Counted from the first letter of the stretch, positions 51,254 through 60,959 are shown. The stretch is 64,000 nt of DNA from Candidatus Nomurabacteria bacterium (GCA_023267195.1 JAHFNT010000003.1:10841-74840), one strand, 5' to 3'. Program-made: numbers and translations. The notes: generated by a model from the letters alone, not told the origin.

Positions 51254-51763
51254 TTATTTCGCGCCCATTAAATATTTTCTAGGATTTTCTGATAGATCTA
51301 CAAAATCATCCACCGCTTCGCGTAGTTTCCCGGAGGTTGATTTACCGAAGGAAACAACTTCTACTTGCACGCCGATAGTCTGTAAATATTCTACAAGCGG
51401 AACAAAGTCTCCATCACCGGAAACGATCACGACAGAGTCTAGACGTGGAGACATTTTAATTGCGTCCACTGCCAACCCTACATCCCAATCCGCCTTTTTC
51501 GCGCCTCCGGCAAAAATTTGTAAATCTTTTGTCTTGGTCTCAATGCCAAGTTTGGAAAGCGCTTCAAAAAAATTCTTCTCATCCCCTGCTTCGGTAGTGA
51601 TCACATAAGCGACCGCGCGCACGAGCTTGCGTCCAGCCACCGCGTCTTTCAAAACTGCGCCGAAATTCACTCGTGCCTGGTATAAATTGCGAGCAGAGTG
51701 ATATAAATTTTGCGTATCAATAAAAACCCCAACTCTTTGTTCTTTATGTTTTATGACTGTCAT
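51254..51763 (-). CDS. NYN-domain (LabA/DUF88 PIN-like) protein
   Basis: VFIDTQNLY, KADWDVGLAVD, VSGDGDFVP; start trimmed to MTVI. Confidence 0.9.
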   Translation of the reverse strand: MTVIKHKEQRVGVFIDTQNLYHSARNLYQARVNFGAVLKDAVAGRKLVRAVAYVITTEAGDEKNFFEALSKLGIETKTKDLQIFAGGAKKADWDVGLAVDAIKMSPRLDSVVIVSGDGDFVPLVEYLQTIGVQVEVVSFGKSTSGKLREAVDDFVDLSENPRKYLMGAK

Positions 51764-51778
51764 ATAAATAGTGTACCA

Positions 51779-51833
51779 CCTCACCCGGCTTTCAGCCACC
51801 CTCTCCTGTCAGGAGAGGGTCTGGGGGTAAGGT
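51779..51833 (+). repeat. Family 1 palindromic element directly after the rpsO stop
   Basis: CCTCACCC...ACCCTCTCCT-GTC-AGGAGAGGGT-CT-GGGGGTAAGGT. Confidence 0.75.
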
Positions 51834-52096
51834 TAAGCAAGCTCCATCTTCTTCATGAGCGCAGCGTAACGAGACTTGTCTTTCCTCTCTAAATATTTCA
51901 AATGAGTGCGTCTATCAGCCACCATCTTAATCAGACCGCGGCGTGAGTGATTATCCTTTTTGTGTTTCTTTAAGTGCTTGGCAAGCGCATCAATTTGCGT
52001 AGACAATACTGCCACCTGCACCTCCGGAGAGCCTGTGTCCTTATCGTGAATTTGATGTTTTTTGATAACTGCCTGTTTTTTCTTGGTTGCTAACAT
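51833..52096 (-). CDS. rpsO: 30S ribosomal protein S15
   Basis: [21 protein letters not shown]; start trimmed to MLAT. Confidence 0.97.
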   Translation of the reverse strand: MLATKKKQAVIKKHQIHDKDTGSPEVQVAVLSTQIDALAKHLKKHKKDNHSRRGLIKMVADRRTHLKYLERKDKSRYAALMKKMELA

Positions 52097-52172
52097 ACTT
52101 AATATATTAGCATAAACTGGATAAAATTGCAACTCCTCATAATGTCGCACAATATTGTGCTAAAATAACTTT

Positions 52173-53129
52173 ATGGCCTCAGAAATTGACCAATTGCAAA
52201 GAGAATTTTTAGAATACCTTGAGATAGAGAAGGGCTCGGCTAGCCGCACTATTGAAAATTACGAACACTATCTATCGCGATTCTTTGAATTTGCAAAAAC
52301 CAAACAAGTGAAAAGTGTAGGGCAAATTACAACTGATCTGGTGCGAGAATTTAGATTGTGGCTAAACAAACAACCCGCCTCCTTAAAAGCAAAGCGTGGC
52401 AAACCTGTGCTAGTGGAAACTTTGTCCAAGAAAACCCAAAATTATTATTTAATCGCCCTGCGGGTATTTCTGAAATATTTAGGTAAAAGAGGAATAAAGT
52501 CTATCTCCGCGGATCAGATAGAATTGGCAAAAATTCCTGAACGTCCCATTGATCTTATTACTCCACTAGAACTCTCTCACCTGCTTGATGCTCCGTCAGG
52601 CAACGACCTGAAGGCCCTGAGAGACAAAGCAATTTTAGAACTTCTTTTTTCCACCGGACTTAGAGTTTCTGAACTTTGTTCTTTATCCAGAGAAATCGGC
52701 ACCAATCATGAAGAGTTGTCTATTAGAGGCAAGGGCGGTAAAGTGCGAGTAGTATTTTTATCCGAACAAGCGAGAACCGCCCTAAAGAAATATTTAGATG
52801 CCCGAAAAGATATGGAAGATGGACTTTTTGTGCAAGTGGAAAATGAAATTTCAAAAAACAAAGAACAGAAGAAAGAAATCAAACACCTCACCAAAAGATC
52901 AGTTGAGCGAATTGTAAAATATTATGCGATTAAAGCTGGTATTTCGAAAAAGGTGACTCCACATGTGATCCGCCACTGTTTTGCCACCGATCTGCTTTCC
53001 AATGGCGCCGACATCCGCAGTGTACAAATGATGCTAGGGCATGCCAACATCGGCACTACGCAAATTTATACGCACGTCACCGACAAACACTTGCACGATA
53101 TACATAAAAAATTCCATAATAAGGGATAA
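52173..53129 (+). CDS. XerC/XerD-family tyrosine recombinase
   Basis: STGLRVSEL, GKGGK, TPHVIRHCFAT, LGHANIGTTQIYT. Confidence 0.93.
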   Translation: MASEIDQLQREFLEYLEIEKGSASRTIENYEHYLSRFFEFAKTKQVKSVGQITTDLVREFRLWLNKQPASLKAKRGKPVLVETLSKKTQNYYLIALRVFLKYLGKRGIKSISADQIELAKIPERPIDLITPLELSHLLDAPSGNDLKALRDKAILELLFSTGLRVSELCSLSREIGTNHEELSIRGKGGKVRVVFLSEQARTALKKYLDARKDMEDGLFVQVENEISKNKEQKKEIKHLTKRSVERIVKYYAIKAGISKKVTPHVIRHCFATDLLSNGADIRSVQMMLGHANIGTTQIYTHVTDKHLHDIHKKFHNKG

Positions 53130-53141
53130 CAAATAAAATAC

Positions 53142-53915
53142 ATGAAAATAATTTCTTGGAACACAAATGGATTGCGCGCCACAGCCAAACAAGGCTTCTT
53201 TGCTCCCCTCTTTCAAGAACAAGCTCCAGATATTTTATGTTTACAAGAAACCAAAGCAGAACCAGCACAATTGCCAGAAAACGTGCGAGAGATTCCGGGA
53301 TATTTTTCCTATTTTTCGCATCCTAAAACCAAAAAGGGGTATTCCGGAGTCGCGATTTACACCAAAGAAAAACCACAAGAAGTTTTTTATGGTCTAGGTG
53401 TTGAAGAATTAGATAACGAAGGCAGACTGATCGGAATGAAATTTAAAAAATTTACTTTGATCAACTGTTATTTTCCAAATGGCGGTCAAGGGCCAGATAG
53501 ATTGAAATACAAACTTGAGTTTTATGAGGCTTTTTTGAAATTTATTTTAAAATTAAGAAAAGCGGGTGAAAATGTGATTTTTTGCGGAGACATAAACACT
53601 GCCCATGAGGCAATAGACCTCGCTCGACCGAAAGAAAATGAAGAAAATACAGGGTTTTTACCGATCGAGCGCGCTTGGCTCGATAAAGTGGTAAAAAATA
53701 ATTTTGTCGATGTCTGGCGCAATCTGAATCCAAATAAAAAAGATGTTTACACCTACTGGGATCAAAAAACTCGTGCCCGAGACCGCAATGTCGGCTGGCG
53801 CATTGATTATTTCTTTGTGGACGCCAAAATTTTAAACAAAATAAAAGATACAGGCGTCTTAGGAGATTATTACGGCTCCGACCACTGCCCAATTTGGCTA
53901 GAAATTTCTAATTAA
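53142..53915 (+). CDS. xth: Exodeoxyribonuclease III
   Basis: ISWNTNGLR, CLQETK, GDINTAH, GWRIDYF, SDHCP. Confidence 0.96.
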   Translation: MKIISWNTNGLRATAKQGFFAPLFQEQAPDILCLQETKAEPAQLPENVREIPGYFSYFSHPKTKKGYSGVAIYTKEKPQEVFYGLGVEELDNEGRLIGMKFKKFTLINCYFPNGGQGPDRLKYKLEFYEAFLKFILKLRKAGENVIFCGDINTAHEAIDLARPKENEENTGFLPIERAWLDKVVKNNFVDVWRNLNPNKKDVYTYWDQKTRARDRNVGWRIDYFFVDAKILNKIKDTGVLGDYYGSDHCPIWLEISN

Positions 53916-54835
53916 TTTGATCGAACACAACGGATGTTTAAGATTCCACCACCTAGTTTTAACCTACCATCATATTCAGTGCCATCGTCAAAATCGACAT
54001 ATAAAGCATAATCATCATAATCAGGATCTTGATATGAAGTACTTGACCAATACTGAACGCCACCCCCCGAACTAAAATCAAATACGGGATTTGCTGCTGG
54101 ATAAATTCTACCAAAATCAACTATAGAAAATAACTCCTTTATGTTTGGCAATCTCCAGTCCGTATATCCTCCAGTAGTATCGGCTTCACAAGACGCTAGG
54201 GCAGTTCTTTGGTTTACAAAAGACAAAGCTCCTGTAGCGCAAGTAGCACCAGTTTTTCCTTGAGAACATTTTTTCCACATCAAGCCAGTAGTGTTGTCTG
54301 TAACAGTGCCGTCTCCATTGTCGGTATAAGAAAGCGCTGTACCTGCAAGGTAATATGCATCTTGTCCACCATCAGTATTGCTTCCGTCCAAACAAGGGCT
54401 CTGAGCGGAACCATCAGCATTAGAACACGCCGTCTGCCCTGTGGCTGGCAACCCTCCCGCCGTCGCCGTCCCAGGATAAGTAGCAGTCGTTAAGACTTTG
54501 GAAGCATCCGTGTCACCATAGAGGGTACCAGTGAAACCAAAAGCCGAGATGCCGCTCGCTATTCTACCATTGGTTAGATTATCGATTTCTCCGGCAATAG
54601 CCGTGTAAACTTCTGTGAGAGATTTACCAGAAGCTGTGACAGTACCGGGGGTGGAAGGAATAGTGCCTGAATCTTCGGTGGTGGTGGTGCCAGTGGATAA
54701 ATTAAAGATGTCAGTGAGACTGTACATGGTATCAGCTACAGAACCGGGTGGTGTAAGGGAGCCGGCGTAGGAGATAGTATAACCGACGAGGACGGCAACT
54801 GCGAGGTAGGAGAGAATGTTGAGGAGTTTTTGCAT
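53912..54835 (-). CDS. Secreted DUF1566 (Lcl C-terminal, C-type-lectin-like) protein
   Basis: DNGDGTVTDNTTGLMW, DWRLPNIKEL, YWSSTS, IRCVR; signal peptide. Confidence 0.88.
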   Translation of the reverse strand: MQKLLNILSYLAVAVLVGYTISYAGSLTPPGSVADTMYSLTDIFNLSTGTTTTEDSGTIPSTPGTVTASGKSLTEVYTAIAGEIDNLTNGRIASGISAFGFTGTLYGDTDASKVLTTATYPGTATAGGLPATGQTACSNADGSAQSPCLDGSNTDGGQDAYYLAGTALSYTDNGDGTVTDNTTGLMWKKCSQGKTGATCATGALSFVNQRTALASCEADTTGGYTDWRLPNIKELFSIVDFGRIYPAANPVFDFSSGGGVQYWSSTSYQDPDYDDYALYVDFDDGTEYDGRLKLGGGILNIRCVRSN

Positions 54836-54927
54836 AAAAAAATTATGTATTTACTTGCTAATACAGTAAAGTATACCCTCACCTGAACACTGTTAGCAAG
54901 AAAATTGAGGGGATAAGTTAAACTATC

Positions 54928-55722
54928 TCAAAGCTGAACTAATTCTGGTTTTGTTTTTGTTCCAAACCATTTTTTGGAAAGTATTTCTATGTTTTTAGTT
55001 ATATCGGTCACTAAAATTTTTGCAGTTTTATTTTTAGAAAGTTTTTGGGCAATTTCTGGGTGTCTTTCCAAATATTTTTTCAATTTTTTCGGGATTATTT
55101 CATCTTGAGAAATTATTCGCACATTTTTAGGCAATAATTTTCTAATTTGCTTCTTGAAAATTGGATAATGCGTACAACCGAGAACTAAGACCTCTAATTT
55201 TTTATTAAAAAAAGGCTTTAAATACTTAACTAAAAATGGCGAAGCGTTCTTCGTCTCCCCTTCTTCGGCGAGCGGCACAAGCATCGGCGCAGCCTTTTGA
55301 AAAATTTTAGATTTTTGATTAAATTTATTTATCTCTGTCGGAAAAGTATGAGAATCCACTGTTCCTTTTGTTCCCAAAACTCCGATTCTCTTAAATTTGG
55401 CGCATTCTTCGGCAGCTGGAATCAAAACACCTAATACTTTTCTATCTGCAAAATTTTTGGGCAAATATTCTTGTTGGATTTTTCGCAAAGCACGCGCCGA
55501 AGCGGTATTGCAAGCGACGATAACAATCGAGCAATTTTCTTTCTGCAAAAGATGCTCGACACCTTCTTTAGTAAACTCAAATACTGTGTCGGGTGAACGA
55601 TTGCCATAAGGCACCCGTTTCGTATCCCCTAAATACACATAATCATATTCTGGCATTGCTTTTACTATTGATTTTGCGATCAAAAGCCCCCTTAGTCCCG
55701 AATCAAAAATCCCAATCTTCAT
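54928..55722 (-). CDS. murI: Glutamate racemase
   Basis: IGIFDSG, PYG, ACNTAS, LGCTHY. Confidence 0.95.
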   Translation of the reverse strand: MKIGIFDSGLRGLLIAKSIVKAMPEYDYVYLGDTKRVPYGNRSPDTVFEFTKEGVEHLLQKENCSIVIVACNTASARALRKIQQEYLPKNFADRKVLGVLIPAAEECAKFKRIGVLGTKGTVDSHTFPTEINKFNQKSKIFQKAAPMLVPLAEEGETKNASPFLVKYLKPFFNKKLEVLVLGCTHYPIFKKQIRKLLPKNVRIISQDEIIPKKLKKYLERHPEIAQKLSKNKTAKILVTDITKNIEILSKKWFGTKTKPELVQL

Positions 55723-55753
55723 GTTTTTATTCTAGCATGTTATACTCTCAGAT

Positions 55754-56416
55754 ATGAATCATACAAGACTAGACCAGCTCTCAGATGGTATCTTCGCCAT
55801 AGTTATGACTATTCTGGTTTTTGAAATAAAGGTTCCGCCCGTTTGGGGACCCATCAGCAATCTGGACCTGTGGCTCAAAATTGAAAACATGCTGCCTCTC
55901 CTTCTTAGTTATGTTTTGAGTTTTGCCTTGCTTTTTACTTACTGGCGCGCACATCATTTTTTCATTTCAATTTATGCCAAGAATATTGATTCGCGACTCA
56001 CCAACATAAATGCCTTGTTTTTCATGCTGATCAGTTTGGTACCATTTTCCACAAGTATTTTGGGCGGTTTTAGCAACAACGAGCTTTCCATAATTATCTT
56101 CGGCTCTCACATAATATTAATTGCATTGTCCTTGTACTGGATGCGACGCTATGTTTTATATTCTCCGCATATTCAAAATCCAGAAATTACCAAACGAGAA
56201 ATACGCGGAAGTACTATCCGCACCCTGGTTCCGGTGGTTATCGCACTTATCGCCATACCTTTGTCTTTTTTTAGTATAAAAGTTTCTCTCGCTTTGTTCA
56301 CCTTGGCTGTAATTTTCAACCTTTCTTCTTACAGCACTCGCTTGTTTGAAAAAATCATGAAAACTATCCACGCTTCCCTTTTCGGCGCTGACGTTAAAGG
56401 ACATTTTGCGGATTAA
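55754..56416 (+). CDS. TMEM175-family K+ channel (DUF1211)
   Basis: RLDQLSDGIFAIVMTIL, YWRAHH, 6 TM. Confidence 0.9.
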   Translation: MNHTRLDQLSDGIFAIVMTILVFEIKVPPVWGPISNLDLWLKIENMLPLLLSYVLSFALLFTYWRAHHFFISIYAKNIDSRLTNINALFFMLISLVPFSTSILGGFSNNELSIIIFGSHIILIALSLYWMRRYVLYSPHIQNPEITKREIRGSTIRTLVPVVIALIAIPLSFFSIKVSLALFTLAVIFNLSSYSTRLFEKIMKTIHASLFGADVKGHFAD

Positions 56417-56422
56417 ATAGCC

Positions 56423-58102
56423 ATGCAGAAATTTTGCAAAACATGCAATAAAAAATTTGAAATAAGGGAAGAAGATCTTATTTTCTATGAACAAGTAAAA
56501 ACCACTCCCCCGCTCTTCTGCCCTGATTGCCGCATGATGCAACGTTTGGCATTTAGAAATGAAAGAACTTTTTATAAAAGAACATGCGACCTTTGTAAGA
56601 AAAATATAATTTCTATATATACGGGGAGTGCGCCCTTCCCGATTTATTGTCATGAATGTTGGTGGAGCGATGCCTGGGATCCAAAAAGTTTTGCCCAAGA
56701 TTACGATTTAAATAAAACTTTTTTTGAACAATACAAAAAGTTACAGAGCAAGGTTCCCAGACTAGCCCTTATGATTGTTAACTCGGTCAGAAGTGAGTAC
56801 ACAAACGGCGCCGCGGAAAACAAAGATTGTTATTTAATTTTCGCGGCAGACTATAATCAGGATTGTCTGTATGGGAGATTGGTCCAAAGATCTCGAAGTT
56901 GCGTCGATTGTGCTTTTATCTATGATTCTGAGCTTTGTTATGAATGCATAGATGTACATAAATGCTTTAAATGTATGTATTCGGAGCAATGTGAAGGATC
57001 AAGCGATCTCATTTTTTGTTACAATATGCGTGATTCTAACAATTGTATTTTTTGCACCAATGGAAGACATATATCAAATGCAATTCTGAATGTTAAATAT
57101 ACGAAGGAAGAATACGAAAAAAAGAAAACAGAAATTTTCTCTAATTACGAAAATATTGAAAAAGCAAAAAAAGAATTTGAGGAATTAAAAAAGAAAACTA
57201 TTGTAAAGTACGCCCTACAAACAAAATGTCATAAAGTCACGGGTGATTATATCTATAATTGTTATGACGGGGAAAGTGTTTTTGATAGTTCAGATTTAAA
57301 AAATTGTTCATATATGGCAGATGCGGAAAGTGGAATTGATAGTATGGATTGTAATAATTATTACCATAAAAATGAATTATGCTATAACATCATGGGTGTT
57401 TTGCAAAGTAGTAAATCAAAAAATTGTGCGTTCGTCTTTTACAGTAATGAAGCGGAGTATTGTGAAAATTGTTATCATATGACAAATGCTTTTGGTTGCA
57501 TTGCTATTCGTAAGGGACAGTACATGATATTAAATAAAGAATACTCCAAAGAAAAGTATTTCGAACTACGAAAAGAAATTGATGAACAAATGAAAAAGGA
57601 TGATACCTTTGGTCAGTTTTTTCCACCAGAAATTGCCCCTTTTGGATTTAACGAAACTCTTGGCTATGACTATTACCCAATTACCAAAGAGGAAAGCATA
57701 AAAAGAGGTTTTAATTGGCAAAATCAAACCACCGGCACTTATGGCAAAGAAACAATTAAAGAAAAAGATATGCCAAAGACTATTGGAGAAGTTACCGAAA
57801 ATATTTTGAACGAGATTTTGGTTTGTAAAGATTGCAAAAAAAATTTTCGCATCACTAAGTCGGAATTAGATTTTTACAAAAGAATGAATATCCCTCTTCC
57901 GCATAAAGATTTTGAATGCCGCCACCAGGACAGGATGAAAAAGCGTAATCCGCGCAAACTCTGGCATCGTTCCTGCATGTGTGAAGTAAAAAACCACCAA
58001 CATGGCACAGAAAAATGCGAAAATGAATTTGAAACTAGTTACTCCCCTGATCGGCCAGAGATAGTCTATTGCGAAACTTGTTATCAACAGGAAGTGTACT
58101 AA
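56423..58102 (+). CDS. Cys-rich zinc-ribbon/repeat protein of unknown function
   Basis: CKTC, CPDCR..RLAFRNER, many CY/CxxC repeats, C-terminal VYCETCY. Confidence 0.8.
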   Translation: MQKFCKTCNKKFEIREEDLIFYEQVKTTPPLFCPDCRMMQRLAFRNERTFYKRTCDLCKKNIISIYTGSAPFPIYCHECWWSDAWDPKSFAQDYDLNKTFFEQYKKLQSKVPRLALMIVNSVRSEYTNGAAENKDCYLIFAADYNQDCLYGRLVQRSRSCVDCAFIYDSELCYECIDVHKCFKCMYSEQCEGSSDLIFCYNMRDSNNCIFCTNGRHISNAILNVKYTKEEYEKKKTEIFSNYENIEKAKKEFEELKKKTIVKYALQTKCHKVTGDYIYNCYDGESVFDSSDLKNCSYMADAESGIDSMDCNNYYHKNELCYNIMGVLQSSKSKNCAFVFYSNEAEYCENCYHMTNAFGCIAIRKGQYMILNKEYSKEKYFELRKEIDEQMKKDDTFGQFFPPEIAPFGFNETLGYDYYPITKEESIKRGFNWQNQTTGTYGKETIKEKDMPKTIGEVTENILNEILVCKDCKKNFRITKSELDFYKRMNIPLPHKDFECRHQDRMKKRNPRKLWHRSCMCEVKNHQHGTEKCENEFETSYSPDRPEIVYCETCYQQEVY

Positions 58103-58125
58103 GTAAACTAATACTAAACCGCAAG

Positions 58126-59664
58126 TTATTTCTTTACCCCGTGTTTTTGGTGCAATTTAGCAACCTCATCTTCTTCTAGTTCTTCTTTTTTTTCTTTTCC
58201 TCTATCCCCTAACGTTTTCAATTCCGCATCGCCGAGCATATTTAGAGATTTTGTAAGTTCAGACAAATGTTCCACAGTATTTTTCTCCGGCGCATCGAGC
58301 ACTTCTTCGAGCAACGCATTCAAAATCCATCCCATGCGAGGCCCAGGGGCAATTCCCAATTCTTTTATCATAAACTCTCCATTAATTTTTAACTGCCCGA
58401 CAGAAATCGGATCTCGAAGTGCTTCTTCAATCATGGCAAAATACTTGCGCAAGCGATATGGCGCTTCCTTTTTCTTCATCCCCGCTCGGTCACACGCGCG
58501 GATATCCATGAGAAGCCAAATATTTTCCTTTCCGACTTTGGCAATAATTCTCCGTACTGCGGAGAGAGTAATTTTTTCTGTATCAGAAAAAAACATATGA
58601 TTACGCACCAGACTTTCTACTAAATTAATTTCTTTACTTGGAAATTTCAATCGCTCCATTATTTTTCTTGACATTCTTGCGCCGACCACTTCATGCCCAT
58701 AAAAGGTATACATTTTCTTGGCAGGATTGGTGCCGACCCTGCGAGTTTTGGGTTTTCCAATATCATGGAAAAGCGCTGCCAACCTTATTTCTGTTGGCCA
58801 ATCTTTATCTGCCGCATATTGCATAGCTAGAAGCGCATGATTCCAAACATCATAAAAATGCTCGCCGGACTGATCACACCCTATCCCCTCTTCGAGCTCT
58901 GGAATTATGTTTTTAAGCAAGCCAAATTTTTGCAACATCATAATTCCACTTGCGGGATTTTTAGAAGAAATTATTTTTACTAATTCATCATGAATTCTTT
59001 CTGCAGAAATTTTTTTTATTAATTCAGAATTTTTTAAAATACTTTCTGTTGTTTCATACGACACAGAAAAATTTAATTGGCAAGCAAAACGTATTGCCCG
59101 CAACATCCGCAAGGCATCTTCCTTAAATCTATCATTTGGATCCCCAACTGATCTGAGTGTTTTGTTTTTAATGTCCTTTATACCTTCAAACAAATCTACC
59201 AGCTGTCCTTTAGGACTTAAGGCGAGCGCATTGACTGTGAAATCACGTCTTTTAAGATCATCTTCGAGTTTAGAACTGAATTTAACCTCATCGGGATGTC
59301 TAAAATCACTATATTTTGCCTCAGTTCTATAGGGAGTCACCTCAACTTGTATATATTTTGTTTCTTGTGAAACCTCTCCTTCTTGTGTTTCACATGGAAC
59401 CATCACTGCCACAGTCCCAAAGGTATTCTCATAAACTGTTTTTTCAAACATAGCAATGATTTCTTCAGGTTTAGCATTGGTTGTAATATCCCAATCTTTT
59501 GGTTCCCTCTCTCCTTCGGCTTTGCTCAGGATCTGCGACATTAAAAGATCTCGCACACATCCCCCGACTAAATACGCTTCAAAACCAGCTTTTTCTAGGG
59601 TGTTAGTTACATGTGAAACTTCTTTGGGTATTTTTTGTATTAAATTTTGAGTATATTGTTCCAC
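58126..59664 (-). CDS. cca: CCA-adding tRNA nucleotidyltransferase with HD domain
   Basis: YLVGGCVRD, DWD, RRDFTVNA, EDALRMLRAIRF, HDIGK. Confidence 0.9.
   Translation of the reverse strand: MEQYTQNLIQKIPKEVSHVTNTLEKAGFEAYLVGGCVRDLLMSQILSKAEGEREPKDWDITTNAKPEEIIAMFEKTVYENTFGTVAVMVPCETQEGEVSQETKYIQVEVTPYRTEAKYSDFRHPDEVKFSSKLEDDLKRRDFTVNALALSPKGQLVDLFEGIKDIKNKTLRSVGDPNDRFKEDALRMLRAIRFACQLNFSVSYETTESILKNSELIKKISAERIHDELVKIISSKNPASGIMMLQKFGLLKNIIPELEEGIGCDQSGEHFYDVWNHALLAMQYAADKDWPTEIRLAALFHDIGKPKTRRVGTNPAKKMYTFYGHEVVGARMSRKIMERLKFPSKEINLVESLVRNHMFFSDTEKITLSAVRRIIAKVGKENIWLLMDIRACDRAGMKKKEAPYRLRKYFAMIEEALRDPISVGQLKINGEFMIKELGIAPGPRMGWILNALLEEVLDAPEKNTVEHLSELTKSLNMLGDAELKTLGDRGKEKKEELEEDEVAKLHQKHGVKK
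59513..59532 (+). repeat. Family 2 repeat inside cca
   Basis: CCTTCGGCTTTGCTCAGGAT, similar to CCCTTCGACAAGCTCAGGGT at 60780-60799. Confidence 0.6.
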
Positions 59665-59675
59665 CTTGGAATCTG

Positions 59676-59746
59676 TGCGGCCAGAGAGAATCGAACTCTC
59701 GTCTCATCCTTGGCAAGGACGTGTTCTACCACTAAACCATGACCGC
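59676..59746 (-). tRNA. tRNA-Gly(GCC)
   Basis: GCGGTCA/TGGCCGC acceptor, loop TTGCCAA, GTTCGATTC; no encoded CCA. Confidence 0.93.
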
Positions 59747-59875
59747 TAATTAAATTATTAATATTTTAACCAGTAAATTATAGTATTTTATTTACTATAA
59801 TGCAATTATATTTTTTAAGCTTGTAAAATATGAATATTTTGATTATTTTATAAATAATGTATAATTAACTAGATT

Positions 59876-59947
59876 GCACCCGTAGTGAAATGGATATCAC
59901 AACAGTCTTCGGAACTGTCGTTGGGGGTTCGAGTCCCTCCGGGTGCA
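59876..59947 (+). tRNA. tRNA-Arg(TCG)
   Basis: GCACCCG/CGGGTGC acceptor, ACAGT-CTTCGGA-ACTGT, GTTCGAGTC. Confidence 0.93.
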
Positions 59948-60214
59948 CACCAAAAAGCAATTTAAAGAATAAATTATTTGTCCTTTACTTAAAGCTTTGT
60001 CAGTAAAGGGTTTTATTAACTTATGTGGATAACTATGTTAGTAATGTTTATAAAGGACATATTTAAAAATTGTTTTTTAATGCCATTTTTAACTAAAATA
60101 CATTGTTAAATAAAGATATTTTGATAAAAGACACAAAAAATTTCTATTTTGTTTCATGTGAAACATGTTTCTTGTGAAACATCAGAATTACTTGCAAAAT
60201 AAGGATAGAATAGA

Positions 60215-60625
60215 ATGCCAAAAATATTTACATCAAAAAGCCAAAAAATAGGGGAAATTGGGGAAAATATAGCTGTAAAGTTTCTCATGAAACATAATTT
60301 CATTATAAAAGGCAGAAATTATACTAAAAAATGGGGAGAAATAGATATAATTGCTGAAAAGGCCAATAAATTATATTTTATTGAGGTAAAAAGTGTTTCT
60401 CGTGTAACATTAATTAATGTTACTCATGAAACTCTTGATCTTTATCACCCTGAAGACAATATGCATCCATGGAAATTGAAAAGATTATCACGGACAATTC
60501 AAACGTATCTTTTATCCCAAAAAATAGACGGCGATAAAGAATGGCAGGTAGATTTATTGGTTGTATTTCTTGACATAAACAACAAAAAGGCAAGGATAAA
60601 AGTAGTCAGTGGTATTATTTTGTGA
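60215..60625 (+). CDS. YraN/UPF0102 family nuclease-like protein
   Basis: GEIGENIA..FL, WGEIDII, FIEVK. Confidence 0.88.
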   Translation: MPKIFTSKSQKIGEIGENIAVKFLMKHNFIIKGRNYTKKWGEIDIIAEKANKLYFIEVKSVSRVTLINVTHETLDLYHPEDNMHPWKLKRLSRTIQTYLLSQKIDGDKEWQVDLLVVFLDINNKKARIKVVSGIIL

Positions 60626-60708
60626 CTCTTCGCTCTGAGGCTCAGCTCGAAGAGGTCATGGTGGAAAAAATTAAATCATGATATACTCTTTTTGTTTTAA
60701 ATCGCAAA

Positions 60709-60779
60709 CGGGCCGTAGTATATCGGTTGTACAAGTGCTTTGGGAGCATTTAGGCTGGGTTCGACTCCCAGCGGCCCGA
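60709..60779 (+). tRNA. tRNA-Pro(TGG)
   Basis: CGGGCCG/CGGCCCG acceptor, loop TTTGGGA, GTTCGACTC. Confidence 0.92.
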
Positions 60780-60799
60780 CCCTTCGACAAGCTCAGGGT
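60780..60799 (+). repeat. Family 2 repeat abutting tRNA-Pro
   Basis: CCCTTCGACAAGCTCAGGGT. Confidence 0.6.
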
Positions 60800-60828
60800 C
60801 TTCGACCAGGAGCACAATTAAATAATTT

Positions 60829-60899
60829 GCGGGATTAGTTTAATGGTAAAACGTCAGTTTTCCAAACTGAGGTTGGGAGTTCGATTCTCCCATCCCGCA
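60829..60899 (+). tRNA. tRNA-Gly(TCC)
   Basis: GCGGGAT/ATCCCGC acceptor, TCAGT-TTTCCAA-ACTGA, GTTCGATTC. Confidence 0.93.
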
Positions 60900-60959
60900 C
60901 ACTAAAATGTTTGACTAAAATTTCAATAGTTGTAGTGTTAAAGATGGAAGGAGAACACT

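Larger units (their letters stand above)
59050..60433. promoter_or_regulatory. Cluster of parS-like 16-bp palindromes
   Basis: Matches to TGTTNCACGTGAAACA at 59359, 59386, 59605, 60150, 60166, 60279, 60394, 60418; weaker at 59050. Confidence 0.8.

Noticed and set aside
52173-53129. Tyrosine recombinase as prophage or integron integrase
   Set aside because: Xer-like sequence in a housekeeping context; no phage genes or attC array seen
59747-60214. AT-rich region with a DnaA box as possible oriC
   Set aside because: Only one clear box (60024), no dnaA or dnaN nearby, and similar single boxes occur elsewhere
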